NCBI RefSeq assembly: GCF_021730395.1 | Contig: NC_069364.1 | Location: 83,403,972 to 83,467,971 of the forward strand | Reading direction: 5' to 3' | DNA length: 64,000 bases | Source: Mercenaria mercenaria | Lineage: Eukaryota | Shown here: piece after piece, positions 10,511-23,217 of the stretch | How the letters are laid out: each line of letters starts with the position of its first letter | Numbering within the stretch: position 1 is the stretch's first letter | Position numbers and translations under genes: made by a program | The notes under the pieces: model-generated | Databases searched by the model: none | What the model saw: the letters and a program-made list of their open reading frames with translations, nothing else | What the model was told of the DNA's origin: nothing

Positions 10511-11455
10511 CAAGAGGGCCAAGATGGCCCTAGGTTGCTCACCTGAGAAACACAGTGTAAACATGTTTGACCTAGTGATTTCATGGAAATATATATTCTG
10601 ACCAATTTTCTTTAAGATTGGACTAAAATTGTGGTCTCCTAAGTGTAAACAAGTATTTTCTTCAATTTGACCTAGTGATCTAGTTTTAAAGCCAAGATGA
10701 CCTACATTCGAATTTGACCTAGATTTGATCAAGGCAATCATTCTGACTTAATTTCATCAACCTCAATTGAAAAATACAGTCTCTATCGCATACAAAACGT
10801 TTTTCTTTGATTTGTCCTAGTGGCCTAGTTTTTAAACCCAGATGATCCATATTCAAATCTGACCTTAATTTCATCAAAGCTATCATTCTGGCCAAATTTC
10901 ATAAAGATTAATTGAAAAATACAGTCTCTTTTGCATACACAAGGTTTTACTTTGATTTGACCTCTGACCTAGTTTTTGACCACAGATAACCCATTTTCGA
11001 ACTTGGCCTAGATTTCATCAAGTTAATTATTCTGACCAAAATTCATTATGATCAATTGAAAAATACAGCCTCTATCGCATACACAAAGTTTTTCTTTGAT
11101 TTGACCTTGTGGCCTAGTTTTTGACCCAAGATGACCCATTTTCATATTCGGCCTAGATTTCATCAAGGTAATCATTATGACAAAATTTCATGAAGATCAG
11201 TTGAAAAATACAGCCTCTTTCGCATACACAAGGTTTTTCTTTGATTGGACCTAGTGGCCTAGTTTTTGACCCCAGATGACCCATTTTTCAAACCTGGCCT
11301 AGATTTCATCAAGATAATCATTCTGACCAAATTTCCTGAGGATCAGTTGAAAAATACAGCCTCTATCGCATACACAAGCTACATGTTGACAGACAGACAG
11401 ACAGACGACAGACGCTGGACATTGAGCGATAACAAAACCTCAACTGAGCAAAAAG
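10511..11455 (+). mobile_element. HINE-like element. 5' CAAGAGGGCCAAGATGGCCCTAGGTTGCTCACCTGAG, about six copies of a roughly 150-bp monomer, a (GACA)n microsatellite (11388-11420), and a 3' terminus ..CTCAACTGAGCAAAAAG
   Basis: A direct read shows the 5' motif, the tandem monomers (..CATTCTGACCAAA.TTCAT.A.GATCA.TTGAAAAATACAGCCTCTATCGCATACACAAGG..), the microsatellite and the terminus. A second 5' motif (CAAGATCTGTCACAGGAGACAG) lies upstream at 10372. Confidence 0.55.
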
Positions 11456-12040
11456 GGGGTATAACTAAAAGCATTTTGGTGCCAGTATCATGAACATTAT
11501 GTCATTTGGAACCCCCATTTTAAATTTGAATAAAATCCATTTAGTAACAACAGAGATGTAAAGAAAAAGGCATCAAAGTTAAATTGAAATTCTAGGTAAA
11601 AAAGGGAGATAAGTCACTAAATAATTGTGCAAGAATAATGGACCTTGTAACATATGATGAACATGACAATGTGGAAGAACATTTTAAGTTTGAATCAAAT
11701 TCATGAAGTAATAACACAGATCAGTGAACATTAAACTGGAAGTCTAACTAAAAGGGGGGAATAACTCATGAAATATTGGCGCCAGATTTATGGCCCATGT
11801 GTCATAAGATGTGGGTGATGATGTGCTACAACTATGACAAGTTTGAATCAAATCTGTCTTGTAATAAGTGAGATAGAGTGAAAGTGCACCAAAATTTTAG
11901 AAATTGTTACAAAAAGGGGACATGAAAAATTGCTAGAGTTATGAACCTTGTGTCATATGATGTGGGTGTTAATGTGGAACAAATATTTAAATTTGAATCA
12001 AATCCATTCAGTAAAAAAAACTTGTAGAACAAGAAATGCC
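11455..12040 (+). repeat. Tandem array of about four copies of a 150-bp monomer (AAAAGGGGGATAA.TCATGAAATATTGGCGCCAG..TGTCATA.GATGTGGGTGATGATGTG...TTTGAATCAAATC...). The same family is at 19722-20470.
   Basis: Direct repeats are read at about 150-bp spacing. Confidence 0.5.
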
Positions 12041-12099
12041 CCATCCCCCACCCCCTTGATGCATTCAGTAATTGCGCAAGGAACAGAAATTATTTGGTC

Positions 12100-12480
12100 A
12101 CTGTGCACAAAAGTGCTATTGTTCTTGGTCAAGTTCACCTTGACCTTTGACCTACTGACCTCAAGATCAATAGGGGTAATCTGGTTATGAAAAACCTCTC
12201 TATTAAGTTTTGTGATCCTAGACCCAAGCATTCTCAAGTTATCGTCCAGGCACATTTTAGCTGTTCCAGTCACTGTGACCTTGACGTTTGACCTACTGAC
12301 CTCAAAATCAATAGGGGTCATATGCTTGTCATGATCAACTTCCCTATTAAGTTTTATGATCCTAGGCCCAAATGTTCTTGAGTTATCATCCAGAAACTGT
12401 TTAACTGTTCTATATCACTGTGACCTTGACCTTTGACTTCTGATCTCAAAATCAATAGGGGTCATCTAATAGTAAAATTA
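12100..12480 (+). repeat. About 2.5 copies of the 145-bp CAATAGGGGTCAT/GTGACCTTGACCTTTGACC satellite family
   Basis: Same monomer as the arrays at 5250-6275 and 39110-40690. Confidence 0.5.
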
Positions 12481-13100
12481 TTTTAACACTGGGCATTCTA
12501 TTTCATACAAGAAGATTTTTAAAATGTCCACTATATACAAATGTACATATAGGGAAAAGTGACCATGCCCACTGGCAGCCACGATTTTTGAAGAATCATG
12601 GTAGAATGTCACACAAGGGCAATTTGAACATCATACAAGAAGATCTTTAAAGTTTCCACTACATACAACTACCTTAAAGCAGGGCATTAGACAACTGTTG
12701 GGAACAGGTACTCATACTCTCAGAATGGGGAAATTTTCGTCTTTTTAAGACAAAAAGGGGAAGTTTTTAGCCATATATATGTTACTAATTTTCACACTTA
12801 TTAATACTGTTTTCAATCATTTCTAACTAATATAACTATATTGCAGCAGTAACCTTCCTTAGAGGCACTATGATATAACTTCAAAAGAGAGTTCATATCT
12901 GGTTGTGTCAAACAATTTTTTATCAGGGGAATATTCTTCTGAGAAAGGGGAATAAACATATCATTTTATGGGGGGAATTGGACCCATATTCGGCCCCAAA
13001 AATGGCCAAACATTAGTGCCCTGAAAAAAGACCCCTATTGGTTGCCAAAGGTTTGACATAACAAAATAATTTGAATATTCATGGAAGAGTGTTACATAAG
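12480..13100 (+). repeat. Degenerate tandem copies of a roughly 125-155-bp monomer family (ACAAGAAGATTTTTAAA..CCACTATATACA..GGGAAAAGTGACCA.GCCC.CTGGCAGCCA..). The same family is at 27900-29700, 30480-31150, 41750-42000 and 47600-48180.
   Basis: Motif blocks recur. Confidence 0.4.
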
Positions 13101-13557
13101 GACCATTTGTGTGAAATAATTTTGTAATCAGCCAAGCTGTTTAAAAGATTTACTTTGAAGATCTCATTGATTTCAGTTCTACTGGCCCCTGTGTGCAACC
13201 AAGTGGAATGGTTTGAACAATTGAGAAGAAGACCACCCTAGGAATGTTCAGGCTAAGTTTCATCAACTTCATCGCATGGAAAAATTTTCAGGGAAGTTGT
13301 TTGAAGTGTGGATGGTCTGAAAGACGCAGGACAACAGTGATCAAAATAGCTCATGATGAGGGGAAACTGTTCGGAGAATAAAGGTGGAAAATAGCTCATG
13401 ATGAGGTGAAAGTACAGTTTGGAAAATAAAGGTGGAAAGAGGACCCTTGAAATGGTTTTACAACTAATATGTTAATCAGATACCTTTCTCAAACGTAACT
13501 TTGCCTCTTCTCCATCCATTCTCATGTCACTAAATCTGGAAACTCCAGCTTCTAAAA

Positions 13558-14022
13558 AACAAGAGAGCCAAGATAGCCCATGGGCGCTCACTTGAGTAAC
13601 ATACAATAACAGTGTAAACATGTCTAATCTAGTGAGACAAATTGAGACAAACATTCTAACCAATTTTCATTAAGACTGGACCAAAAACGTGGCCTCTTGA
13701 GTGTAAACAAGCATTTTCTTTGATTTAACCTAGTAACCTAGTTTTTGATCTCAAGTGACCCAGATTCGAAACTCCAAGACTTCATGATAACAAATATTCT
13801 GACCAAGTTTTATAAATATATAGAATCAAACATGTGGCCCCATAGGTAGACCTGAACTTTTATCTCGATGATATCTAGGTCAAGTTCAAAACTGGGTCAC
13901 ATGAGCTCAAAAACTAGGTCACTGTAAATAATAGAAAAAATGACCTCATACTCAGTTCAAAACTGGGTCATGTGGGGACAGGTGAGCGATTCAGGACCAT
14001 GATGGTCCTCTTGTTTAAAGAA
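13558..14022. mobile_element. Two HINE 5' termini placed head-to-head. One is in plus orientation at 13558-13850 (CAAGAGAGCCAAGATAGCCCATGGGCGCTCACTTGAG..). The other is inverted at 13850-14022 (reverse complement of ACAAGAGGACCATCATGGTCCTGAATCGCTCACCTGTCCCCACATGACCCAGTTTTGAACTGAGTATGAGG..).
   Basis: The inverted copy matches the 5' region of the element at 61567 when reverse-complemented. Confidence 0.45.
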
Positions 14023-14329
14023 TCCACAAGTGTTCATTAATACCCTCCAAGGTGTCCGTTACTACCCGACCTGTTCACTAACTGCCTCCAATATCATGAC
14101 CAGTCTTACATATTATCTAACATATTGAAAATTGTTGTGTTTTTGGCATTGCTTTCCACTAAATACTGAAGGCCAGGTGTATAATCATTTATAACAGAGT
14201 TCAATTTCATTGAGAAGAAAACACAGCTTCACTGCACCAGAATAGCCTTATTTAAGTGTCCATTAATACCTGACCCAGCTACCCCTTTTCTTCTGTATTA
14301 TGAAGTTGACTGAAAACTACCTACCTACT

Positions 14330-15160
14330 TTACGGACGGATGCACACACACACCGATAGACGGACGCCATGCGCACATGACCCACTTTCGAACTTGACCT
14401 AGATATCATCAAGGTAAACATTCTGACCAATTTTCATGAAGATCCATTGAAAAATATGGCCTCTAGAGAGGTCACAAGGTTTTTTTATTTTTAGACCTAA
14501 TGACCTAGTTTTTGACCGCATGTGACCCACTTTCGAACCTGACCTATATATCATCAAGGTGAACATTCAGACCAACTTTCATGAAGGTCCGTTGAAAAAT
14601 ATGGCCTCTAGGAGGTCACAAGGTTTTTCTATTTTTAGACCTACTGACCTAGTTTTTGACTGCACGTGACCCAGTTTCCAACTTGACCTAGATATCATCA
14701 AGGTAAACATTCTGACCAATTTTCATGAAGATTCATTGAAAAATATGGCCTCTAGGGAGGTCACAAGGATTTTCTATTTTTAAACCTACTGGCCTAGTTT
14801 TGGACTGCACGTGACCCAGTTTCAAACTTGACCTAGATATCATCAAGTTGAACATTCTGACCAATTTTCATGAAGATCCATTGAAAAATATGGCCTCTAG
14901 GGAGGTCACAAGGTTTTTCTATTTTTAGACCTACTGACCTAGTTTTGGATCGTACGTGACCCAGTTTCGAATTTGACCTAGATATCATCAAAATGAACAT
15001 TCTGACCAATTTTCATAAAGATCCCATGAAAAATGTGACCTCTAGAGTGGTCACAAGCAAAAGTTTACGGACGGACGGATGGACGCACGGACAGACGGAC
15101 GACGGACGCCACGCGATCACAAAAGCTCACCTTGTCACAAAGTGACTGGTGAGCTAAAAA
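14330..15160 (+). mobile_element. 3' portion of a HINE. About five copies of a 145-bp monomer (14390-15060), an (ACGGACGG)n microsatellite (15063-15110), and the terminus GCGATCACAAAAGCTCACCTTGTCACAAAGTGACTGGTGAGCTAAAAA
   Basis: Monomer, microsatellite and terminus follow the same plan as the element at 1-910. Confidence 0.6.
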
Positions 15161-15506
15161 CACTCAAATAACCTTTTAAACAACAAGAAGTAATTGTAAG
15201 ACTAACAAATACAATTCAGTTCATTTCAATTTGATCATATACAATTGATAAGCAATGCGAGAAAAGGCACCATCCAACATCATGTTGAGAGCGTCATAAA
15301 AACTTTCGAGAAAACCAATTGATTGTGCTAATATTAACTTAATTTTGCAAAATCAAAAAGTAATGAAATAAATATATTTCTCCAAAAATGACGCTGTTTT
15401 CTTTGGTATCCTAATTAAACCCTTTCTCTTCTTGGACATAATAGTGAATATTAAACATATCTTCTAACTCAACAAAGTTACTCAAGACCTCACGTCCAGA
15501 AACAAA

Positions 15507-15743
15507 TGAGCCGTGCCATGAGAAAACCAACATAGCGGGTTTGTGACCAGCATGGATCCAGACCAGCCTGCACATCCGCGCAGTCTGGTCAGGATCCATA
15601 CTGTTCGCTTTTAAAGCCTACTGCAATTAGAGAAAATGTTAGCGAACAGCATGGATCCTGACCAGACTGCGCAGATGCGCAGGCTGGTCTGGATCCATGC
15701 TGGTCGCAAAGCCACTATGTTGGTTTTCTCATGGCATGGCTCA
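15507..15743. repeat. Near-perfect 236-bp palindrome with two roughly 102-bp arms and a 34-bp spacer. Each arm also contains a nested sub-palindrome (GGATCCAGACCAGCCTGC..GCAGTCTGGTCAGGATCC).
   Basis: Left arm TGAGCCGTGCCATGAGAAAACCAACATAGCGGGTTTGTGACCAGCATGGATCCAGACCAG... Right arm is its reverse complement with about 7 mismatches. Confidence 0.7.
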
Positions 15744-16059
15744 AATGGTAAAATAACAGATCCACATTTACTGTATGGTTACATATCATACTCAATAGGA
15801 GCATAAAAACTACAAAACTGAGTATCATTATGCTTCTGAGCAATGTTACCTTCTTTAAACAATGCATTTAACTGCCATAACCATGACTGTTATATGAAGA
15901 ACCAACTACTTACAAGACCTTTATGGGAACATTTTGGGCAATGCAATATCATACAATGAGCATAAGTTTTCACATACACAGCAATTCGTTAAAAAGACTA
16001 TTAAAATTTTGAAGTACAGGAGATCACACCTGATTCATTTTTCACCTTGTTGACAGTAA

Positions 16060-16795
16060 ACTTATGACAATGACACCTGCCACAGAGACATGGAACCACT
16101 GTGGCTTCTAGAGTGGTCAAAAGCCTTTCCTTTGGATTTGACCGGGTGACCTAGTTTTTGATTCCACATGACCCAGATTCAAATTTGACCTAGAGGTCAT
16201 CAAAAAAAGCATTCTGACCAAGATTCATAAAGATTGGGTCACAACTGTGGCCTCTAGAGTGTTCACAAGCTTTTGCTATGATCTTGCCTACTGGCCTAGT
16301 TTTTGACCCTACATGACCCAGTTTCAAACTTGATCAAGAAATCATCAAGTCAAACATTCTGACAATGTTTCATAAAGATTGAATCACAACTGTGGCCTCT
16401 GCAGTGGTCACAAGCTTTTCCTTTGATTTGACTGGGTGACCTAATTTTTGACCCCACATGACCCAGATTCAAACTTCACCTAGAGGTCATCAAGGCAAAC
16501 ATTCTGACTAAGTATCATAAAGATTGAGGCACAACTGTGGCCTCTAGATTGTTCAAAAGCTTTTCCTATCTGGCATACTGACCTAGTTTTTGACCCAGTT
16601 TCAATCTTGACCTAGAGACCATCAAGACAAACATTCTGACCAAGTTTCATAAAGATTGGGTCACAACTGTGGCCTCTAGAGTGTTCACAAGGCAAATGTT
16701 GACGCACATCGAATGACCCTCGAAGGACGATGACCGGTCACAATACCTCACCTTTAGCACTCTGTGCTCAGGTGAGCTAAAAAAGTAGTAAAAGA
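16060..16795 (+). mobile_element. HINE-like 3' portion. About four copies of a 150-bp monomer and the terminus ..GGTCACAATACCTCACCTTTAGCACTCTGTGCTCAGGTGAGCTAAAAAAG
   Basis: Tandem monomers ..CATTCTGAC.AAG.TTCATAAAGATTG..CACAACTGTGGCCTCTAGAGTG.TCA.AAGC.. are followed by a terminus related to the one at 2700-2756. Confidence 0.5.
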
Positions 16796-17078
16796 TAAAG
16801 CAATGAGCAGTTTTAAACTAAAAATACTTCTGAGTTTTAAGTGAATACTTCTGAGTGAATTTCCACAGCCTTGCCTTGCAGAACATAACAAGAGCTGTCA
16901 CAGGAGACAGTGTGCTCGACTATTTTGATACTGGACAGTGAAACTTGGCACATCTGAGGAAACTGAAGTTGTCACTGGAGTGTTTAATGGTGGATGAAGA
17001 TATTGTACAACAGCTTGAGTCTATGTCAAAATATTAAGTAATGAGGGAGGTAAAGATTAAGTGTATCAAAACAAGAGG

Positions 17079-18425
17079 GCCATGATGGCCCTATATCGCT
17101 CACCTGTTATCATTGCACTTGAGGACAAGAAGGTCCTCAGAAAAATATCTAAGTCGAAAGGACAGGAACAACAAAGGGAAGAAATTTAACCAAAAAGAAA
17201 AAAAAATCTTACAAGGTACAGATATGTTAAAATACACCTAAAAATTGGAGGTACCATCCATGTTGTACCACAGAAAACTGGTCTCGTGTTTTCCGTACGG
17301 CCAATAATAAAAATGTTACTAAAAATAAGCTATTTATAGTAATGTAAAAGGGAAGTAATTATAACTAGAGCTATCACTAAAGGTGATGAATGTACCCCCC
17401 GCATGCACTGACACAGTACATTGCAATTTGACGCACACAAGATTGCATAATTATGTGGACTGTATGTATATAGAATGTATGTATACAGTATAGTAACAAA
17501 AAACAAAGTCCCATAACTATGCAGAATATTTATCTAAAAGAATGTAACATGCACCATGCACAACTAGGGTTGGTACTGATAACTTGTGTGAAGTTTCATT
17601 AAATTGTGTCAAGGGGATGAGGAGATATGGTGCGCACAAGATTGTGTCTATGTATATAGTATAGTAACAAAAAAAAACAAAGTCCCATAACTCTGCAAAT
17701 TTTTTTTCTGAAAGAACCTAACATGCCCCATGCACAACTACTGTTGTTACTGATCACTTGTGTGAAGTTTCATTAAATTGTGTCAAGGGGATGAGGAAAG
17801 ATGGTGTGCACAAGACTGTGTCTATGTATATAGCATAGTAACAAAAAAACAAAGTCCCATAACTCTGCAATTTTTTTTCTAAAAGAACCTAACATGCCCC
17901 ATGCACAACTACTGTTGGTACTGATCACTTGTGTGAAGTTTCATTAAATTGTGTCAAGGGGATGAGGAGAGATGGTGCGCACAAGATTGTGTCTATGTAT
18001 ATAGTATAGTAACAAAAAAACAAAGTCCCATAACTCTGCAAATTTTTTTTCTAAAAGAACCTAACATGCCCCATGCACAACTAATGTTGGTACTTATCAC
18101 TTGTGTGAAGTTTCATTAAATTGTGTCAAGGGGATGAGGAGAGATGGTGCGCACAAGATTGTGTCTATGTATATAGTATAGTAACAAAAAAACAAAGTCC
18201 CATAACTCTGCAAATTTTTTTCCTAAAAGAACCTAACATGCCCTATGCACAACTACTGTTGGTACTGATCACTTGTGTGAAGTTTCATTAAATTCTGTCA
18301 AGGGGATAAGGAGAGATGGTGCGCACAAGATTGCGTCTACGGACAGACGGACAGACGGACAGACAGACAGACAACCTGAAACCAGTATACCCCCCCTTAC
18401 AACTTTGTTGTCGGGGGGTACAAAA
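17079..18425 (+). mobile_element. HINE-like element. 5' CAAGAGGGCCATGATGGCCCTATATCGCTCACCTG, five copies of a roughly 180-bp monomer (17440-18330), a (GACGGACAGACA)n microsatellite, and a terminal hairpin TACCCCCCCTTACAACTTTGTTGTCGGGGGGTA (18392-18422)
   Basis: Read directly. Monomers ..TAGTAACAAAAAAACAAAGTCCCATAACTCTGCAA..CATGCCCCATGCACAACTA.TGTTGGTACTGATCACTTGTGTGAAGTTTCATTAAATTGTGTCAAGGGGATGAGGAGAGATGGTGCGCACAAGATTGTGTCTATGTATATAG. Confidence 0.5.
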
Positions 18426-18724
18426 ATATAAATATTGTAAGTGGACCAAAGAAGGATCTGCCAAATAAATCTGTTGACATAAATGAAATTTCAGATCAGT
18501 ATCTTCATTAGTTATGGAGATAAACAATTTTAATTTGAAATAAAGGGAGGTAATCTGACATAAAATCAGTCCATAGTTATCTACCCTGATTGTCTCAGTT
18601 CAACTAATAACAATAATGAAATTTCAAATTAGTCCTGTAAGTACTTACTGATATAAATCCATTTTGATTACAATCAGGGGAGGTAATCAGATATAAAATA
18701 AATCTGGAACCTATGATTGGATCT

Positions 18725-19722
18725 GATTTGTCATGGAATCCAAGATTTATTGTTGTGGAAGATATTTCGGAAGTTTGTATCAAATAAAACCATAAATGAA
18801 GTCTCTAAAGTATATGGCTACAAAAGCCAAAATAGCCAATTTTGGACCTTTAAGGGGCCATAACTCTGGAACCCATGATAGAATCTGGCAAGTTGAAGAA
18901 AGGAAGCAAGATTTTGTGGTGATACAAGTTGTGCGCAAGTTTGGTTAAAATCAAATCATAAATGAAGCTGCTATTGTGCAGACAAGGTCAAAATAGCTAA
19001 TTTTGGTCTTTCAGGGGCCATAACTCTGGAACCCATTATGGGATCTAGCCGTTTCAAGAAAGGAACCGAGATCTTATGGTGACACAAGTTTTATGCAAGT
19101 TTGATTAAATTCAAATCATAAATGAAGCTGCTATTGTGCAGACAAGGTCAAAATAGCTAATTTTGGCCCTTTCAGGGGCCATCACTCTGGAACCCATAAT
19201 GGAATCTCGCCAGTTCAAGAAAGGAACCGAGGTCTTATGGTGATACAAGTTGTGTGCAAGTTTGGTTAAAATAAAATCATAAATGAAGCTGTTATTGTGC
19301 AGACAAGGTCAAAATAGCTAATTCTGGCCCTTTCAGGGGCCATAACTCTGGAACCCATAAAGGAATCTGGCCAGTTCAAGAAAGGAACCAAGATCTTATG
19401 ATGATGCAAGTTGTGTGCCAGTTTGGTAAAAATCAAATCATAAATAAAGCTGCTATTGTGCAGACAAGGTCAAAATAGCTAATTATGGCCCCTGAAACTC
19501 TGGAACCTATAATGGGATCTGGCCAGTTCAAGAAAGGAACCATGATCTTATGGTGATACAAGTTGTGTGCAAGTTTGGTTAAAATAAAATCATAAATGAA
19601 ACCACTATCGTGCAGACAAGAAATTGTTGACGGACACACGGACGCACGGACTGACGACGGACGAAGGGTGTTCACAAAAGCTCACCTTGTCACTATGTGA
19701 CAGGTGAGCTAATAAGTACAAT
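18725..19722 (+). mobile_element. HINE 3' portion. About 7.5 copies of a 122-bp monomer (..AAATCATAAATGAAGCTGCTATTGTGCAGACAAGGTCAAAATAGCTAATTTTGGCC..GGGGCCATAACTCTGGAACCCATAATGG..), a (GACGGAC.)n microsatellite (19633-19667), and the terminus GTGTTCACAAAAGCTCACCTTGTCACTATGTGACAGGTGAGCTAATAAG
   Basis: Direct repeats are read, followed by the conserved terminus. Confidence 0.55.
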
Positions 19723-20575
19723 TCTAAGCATAAAGGGAGCAAAATTCATAAGATATTGGTGCAAGAGATATGCACCTTGTGTCATATGGTGTGGGTGATG
19801 ATGTGAAACAACTACTTCAAGTCTGAATCAAATGTATTTCGTAATCACTGAGATATACTTTAGTGAAAATGCATCAAAATTAACCTTAAATTCTAAATAA
19901 AAGGGTGCATAATTCATGAACAATTGGTGCAAGAGTTATGCACCTTGTGTCATATGATGTGGGTGATGATGCTGAACGACTATTTTAAGTAGGAATCAAA
20001 TCCATTCAGTAAAACCAGAGATAGAGTTAAAGTGAATCGAAACTTTAACCTGAAATTCTAAGTAAAAAGGGGGATAATTCATGAAAAAATTGTGCCAGTT
20101 TTATGCACCTTATGTCATATGATGTGAATGATGATGCTGAACGACTATTTTAAGTAGGAATCAAATCTATTCAGTAATAACAGAGATAGAATAAAAGTGC
20201 ACCAAAACTTTAACCTGAAATTCTAAGTCATATGATGTGGGTGATATTTTAAGTTTGAATAGAATCCATTCAGTAATAATAGAGATAGAATGAAAGTGCA
20301 TCAAAACTTTAACCTTAAAATCTAAAAGAAATGGGTGGATAAATCATGAAATATTGGTGCCAGAGTCATGGCTATTATGTCAGATGATGTGGGTGATTAT
20401 GAGGAAAGACTATTTTAAGTTTGAAACAAATCCATCAAGTAATTACAGAGATAAGAAGAAAAAAGAGAAAGTGTAAAAAAACTTTAACCAAGTTGGGGAC
20501 GCAGAAAGATGCCGACGCCAACGCCGCGTCGAGTAGGATAGCTCTCCTTATACCTCGTACAGTAGAGCTAAAAAC
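19722..20575 (+). mobile_element. Tandem array of about five copies of a 150-bp monomer (AAAGGG.GCATAATTCATGAA.AATTGGTGCAAGAG.TATGCACCTTGTGTCATATGATGTGGGTGATGATG..). It ends with a (GCCGAC)-type microsatellite (20505-20535) and the terminus ..CTCGTACAGTAGAGCTAAAAACAC.
   Basis: The array starts immediately after the preceding element's terminus. Its own terminus resembles 57030-57115. Confidence 0.5.
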
Positions 20576-21246
20576 ACTCAGGTATGAAAAGATTACACGT
20601 GCATGTCTGACTATATAATTTTTTCCCCTTAAAAGCATACTGTTTCTTGTCATCTTATTATTAGGGCAGTATGGTTTACCATACCCGACACATAAGAAAT
20701 GCTAAAAATCGAAAACAGCTACAACTTCCTCATGAATATGTTTCAAAACGTACAAATACGTGTGTCTAATTTTTTGTGGTAATCCCTGATTTTTAGATAA
20801 CATTTGCAATGACAAATCTTACACTACCACTCATGATTCCTTAGCTGAAGTGCTTATTTCAATTCGAAAACATTTTAGGTAAATATACACTCAACTAGAA
20901 CATAAAGTAGGAATTAAACAAGCATTTGAATGAGATCTTGCATGTTCACTAATTACCAACAGTTCACGAATACTCCAACCCATTATACCTTTATAGGGGC
21001 TAGCCTCGAATGAATATCTGCATATCAAATATCATGTTTATTCAACTTTGTATCTTAAGATTAAGAAGATTAGTAGTTATTTTTCTGTAGTATTGCATCC
21101 ATTTTAACTAACTTTTTAAAAACACTTTTTAGAGTTTTTCTGTTAACATATTTTATAGACTTTGCAATGTGTTTGAATGAATAAATGTTGCCTGAATTTT
21201 CCAGAATCACGATAAGTATCTTTCCTTTTTATCAAAAACTGCTTAC

Positions 21247-22047
21247 CTTGTAAAGCCACTTGTGGTTCTTTAATTGCTCTTCCATCTGCTGCTGGCATTT
21301 TAGCTGAGTCTTTCACTGTCATTCCTTCTTTCTCTTCTGCTGTAAGTTCATCTAATTCAGCTTCAAGTTCAGCATGGTCATCCATCTTTGCCATGTCCAT
21401 ACTTATTGCCTCTGAAATGTCTGTGTCTGCATACACATCTTCATATAAACATACATCTTCACAGCCTTGTGCATAAAAGGCTGTGTCTGCACACACATCT
21501 TCTTCTAATAAATCTTCAGGTTCATAGGTTTCTGCATAAAACTCAGTCATACCGTAAGGTTCATCTGCCCTTGCTCCATCTGCACGCATAGCAGAACTAC
21601 TACTTTTCAAATAGCTGGAAATATCTGGAGCACCGAATTCAGCTGCCTTCCTGAATTTAGCTTTTGGCACTGCGCTAAATTTAACCATAGTAGGAGGACT
21701 TCCCTTGTCTCTATCTTCATCTCGTACAGCAGTTTTAGCTTTTGTCACTGGCCCAACAACTCCATTTCTTGTTGTTTCAGTAGACTGACCAGTGCTAGAA
21801 TATCGGTTATACATGTATCTGACACCAGCATCATATTCAAACAGGCTAAATCCCATTTCTTCCTCTGATTCTTCACTCTCACTATCTGCTGCTTTCATAA
21901 CCTTATCAGCTGAAGAAACTTTCTCCAAAGTTTTCATTTTCACATGATCTTCTGACACTTTTCTAGGACTTGAATCATCTGATTTAAGATATTCTACTGC
22001 TGATGATGATTGTAAATAAAATGGAGATAGTGATTCACATTCGGATT
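21247..22047 (-). CDS. Internal coding exon (801 nt, phase 0 to phase 0) of an acidic, low-complexity protein. The product is not recognised.
   Basis: On the minus strand the acceptor TTTCATTTCAG lies at 22048-22058 and the donor CTTTACAAG|GTAAGCAG at 21246. The ORF 21143-22111 is open across the whole interval and is rich in D/E/S, e.g. EESEEEMGFSLFEYDAG, EDLLEEDVCADTAFYAQGCEDVCLYEDVYADTD. Confidence 0.45.
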
Positions 22048-22319
22048 CCTGAAATGAAATAAAGAACAGAGGTTTACAGTCTGAATGCTCCACTCTTATG
22101 TAATTATACAAAGAACAAGCATCACCCCAGCATTAGAAGTCCCCTGCTGAAGAGAGCATGTCACATTTGCTGCCACTGGAACAAATTAATTAATTAATTA
22201 TATATAGATTTTTTTCATATTTAAATTAAAGTTCAGGACATGCATATTCTGAAAATAACCCATACACTATTCGCCAAGTTTCATGAAAACATCTCTTGTA
22301 CTTTTAAAGTAAATGTAAA

Positions 22320-22410
22320 ATCTTTTTTTGATTGAGGGATGGACAGATAGACAAGGATGGACAGTTAACAGACAGGAATGGACAGATAAACAGGGATGGA
22401 CAGATAGACA
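22320..22410 (+). repeat. Short minisatellite (GGATGGACAGATAGACAA-like units of 18-21 bp, about 5 copies)
   Basis: Read directly. Confidence 0.5.
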
Positions 22411-23217
22411 AACTGATGCAGAAACAGACAAAATATGATGAGCATTGTTGTATTTTATACTATAGTAATGCTACAGCAAGATTGTCTGTTGCAGTTACTT
22501 CCCTTGACTTACAATATATATTAGCTGTGTTGTAATAAATTTGATTCAGTGTTAGTTAGTTAGTCTTACAGTAAAAATCTAGAAATACTACACTCTTATG
22601 TCTTTATTCATTCTTTCAGATAGAATTATATTGCCAATAATAACACATAATAAAACAAGCATAATTATTATCCATACTGCCTTCTATTTATGTCCAATGT
22701 ATCAAGAAAGTATCTACTGTTTAAATTTATAAAGTTATTGCAGAATTCATCATTTGTGACAGATGTCTGCACTGACCTCTAGATTTTGGCTAAAATTTTT
22801 TTTTTAAAACTGAAGTCTGATCATATCATGAACATTAGAACCTGAGCTTTAGTTTCTAAACTATCTTAAAAATGCCAAATCAAAAAAGCATGCCCATGTC
22901 TAGAATCGAACCTGGGCTGTCCTGGAAATAAAAAAAAATTCCTGTGTTCTTGACCAAAACACCATAGAATAATACACACATAATGAGAGTTAAATATCAA
23001 CTTTAAAATTGAAACTGAAACTGAATAATTTGATAAAATGCCCATGATGATGATAACTTTATTCAAACAAACAGTCATCACCGCACCCTGCCCCCGAGGC
23101 CATTTTACCCCTACTGCCAAATACCAGTGCTTAAAGCCTTACATGTTATTCTCAGACGGGCTGCATAATATTATAGAGGTTAAAACCCCCTGGTCAATGG
23201 TGCCATCACTTATTATT

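Noticed and set aside
20421-20653. Overlapping plus and minus ORFs around the element terminus at 20480-20575
   Set aside because: They span the microsatellite and terminus of a non-autonomous element. They have basic low-complexity peptides and no splice context.
22866-22930. tRNA 3'-half-like sequence (reverse complement: GCCCAGGTTCGATTCTAGACATGGGCA)
   Set aside because: Only a T-arm-like GGTTCGATTC segment is present, the T-stem is imperfect, and there is no D-arm, anticodon arm or acceptor pairing. It is at most a tRNA-derived fragment.
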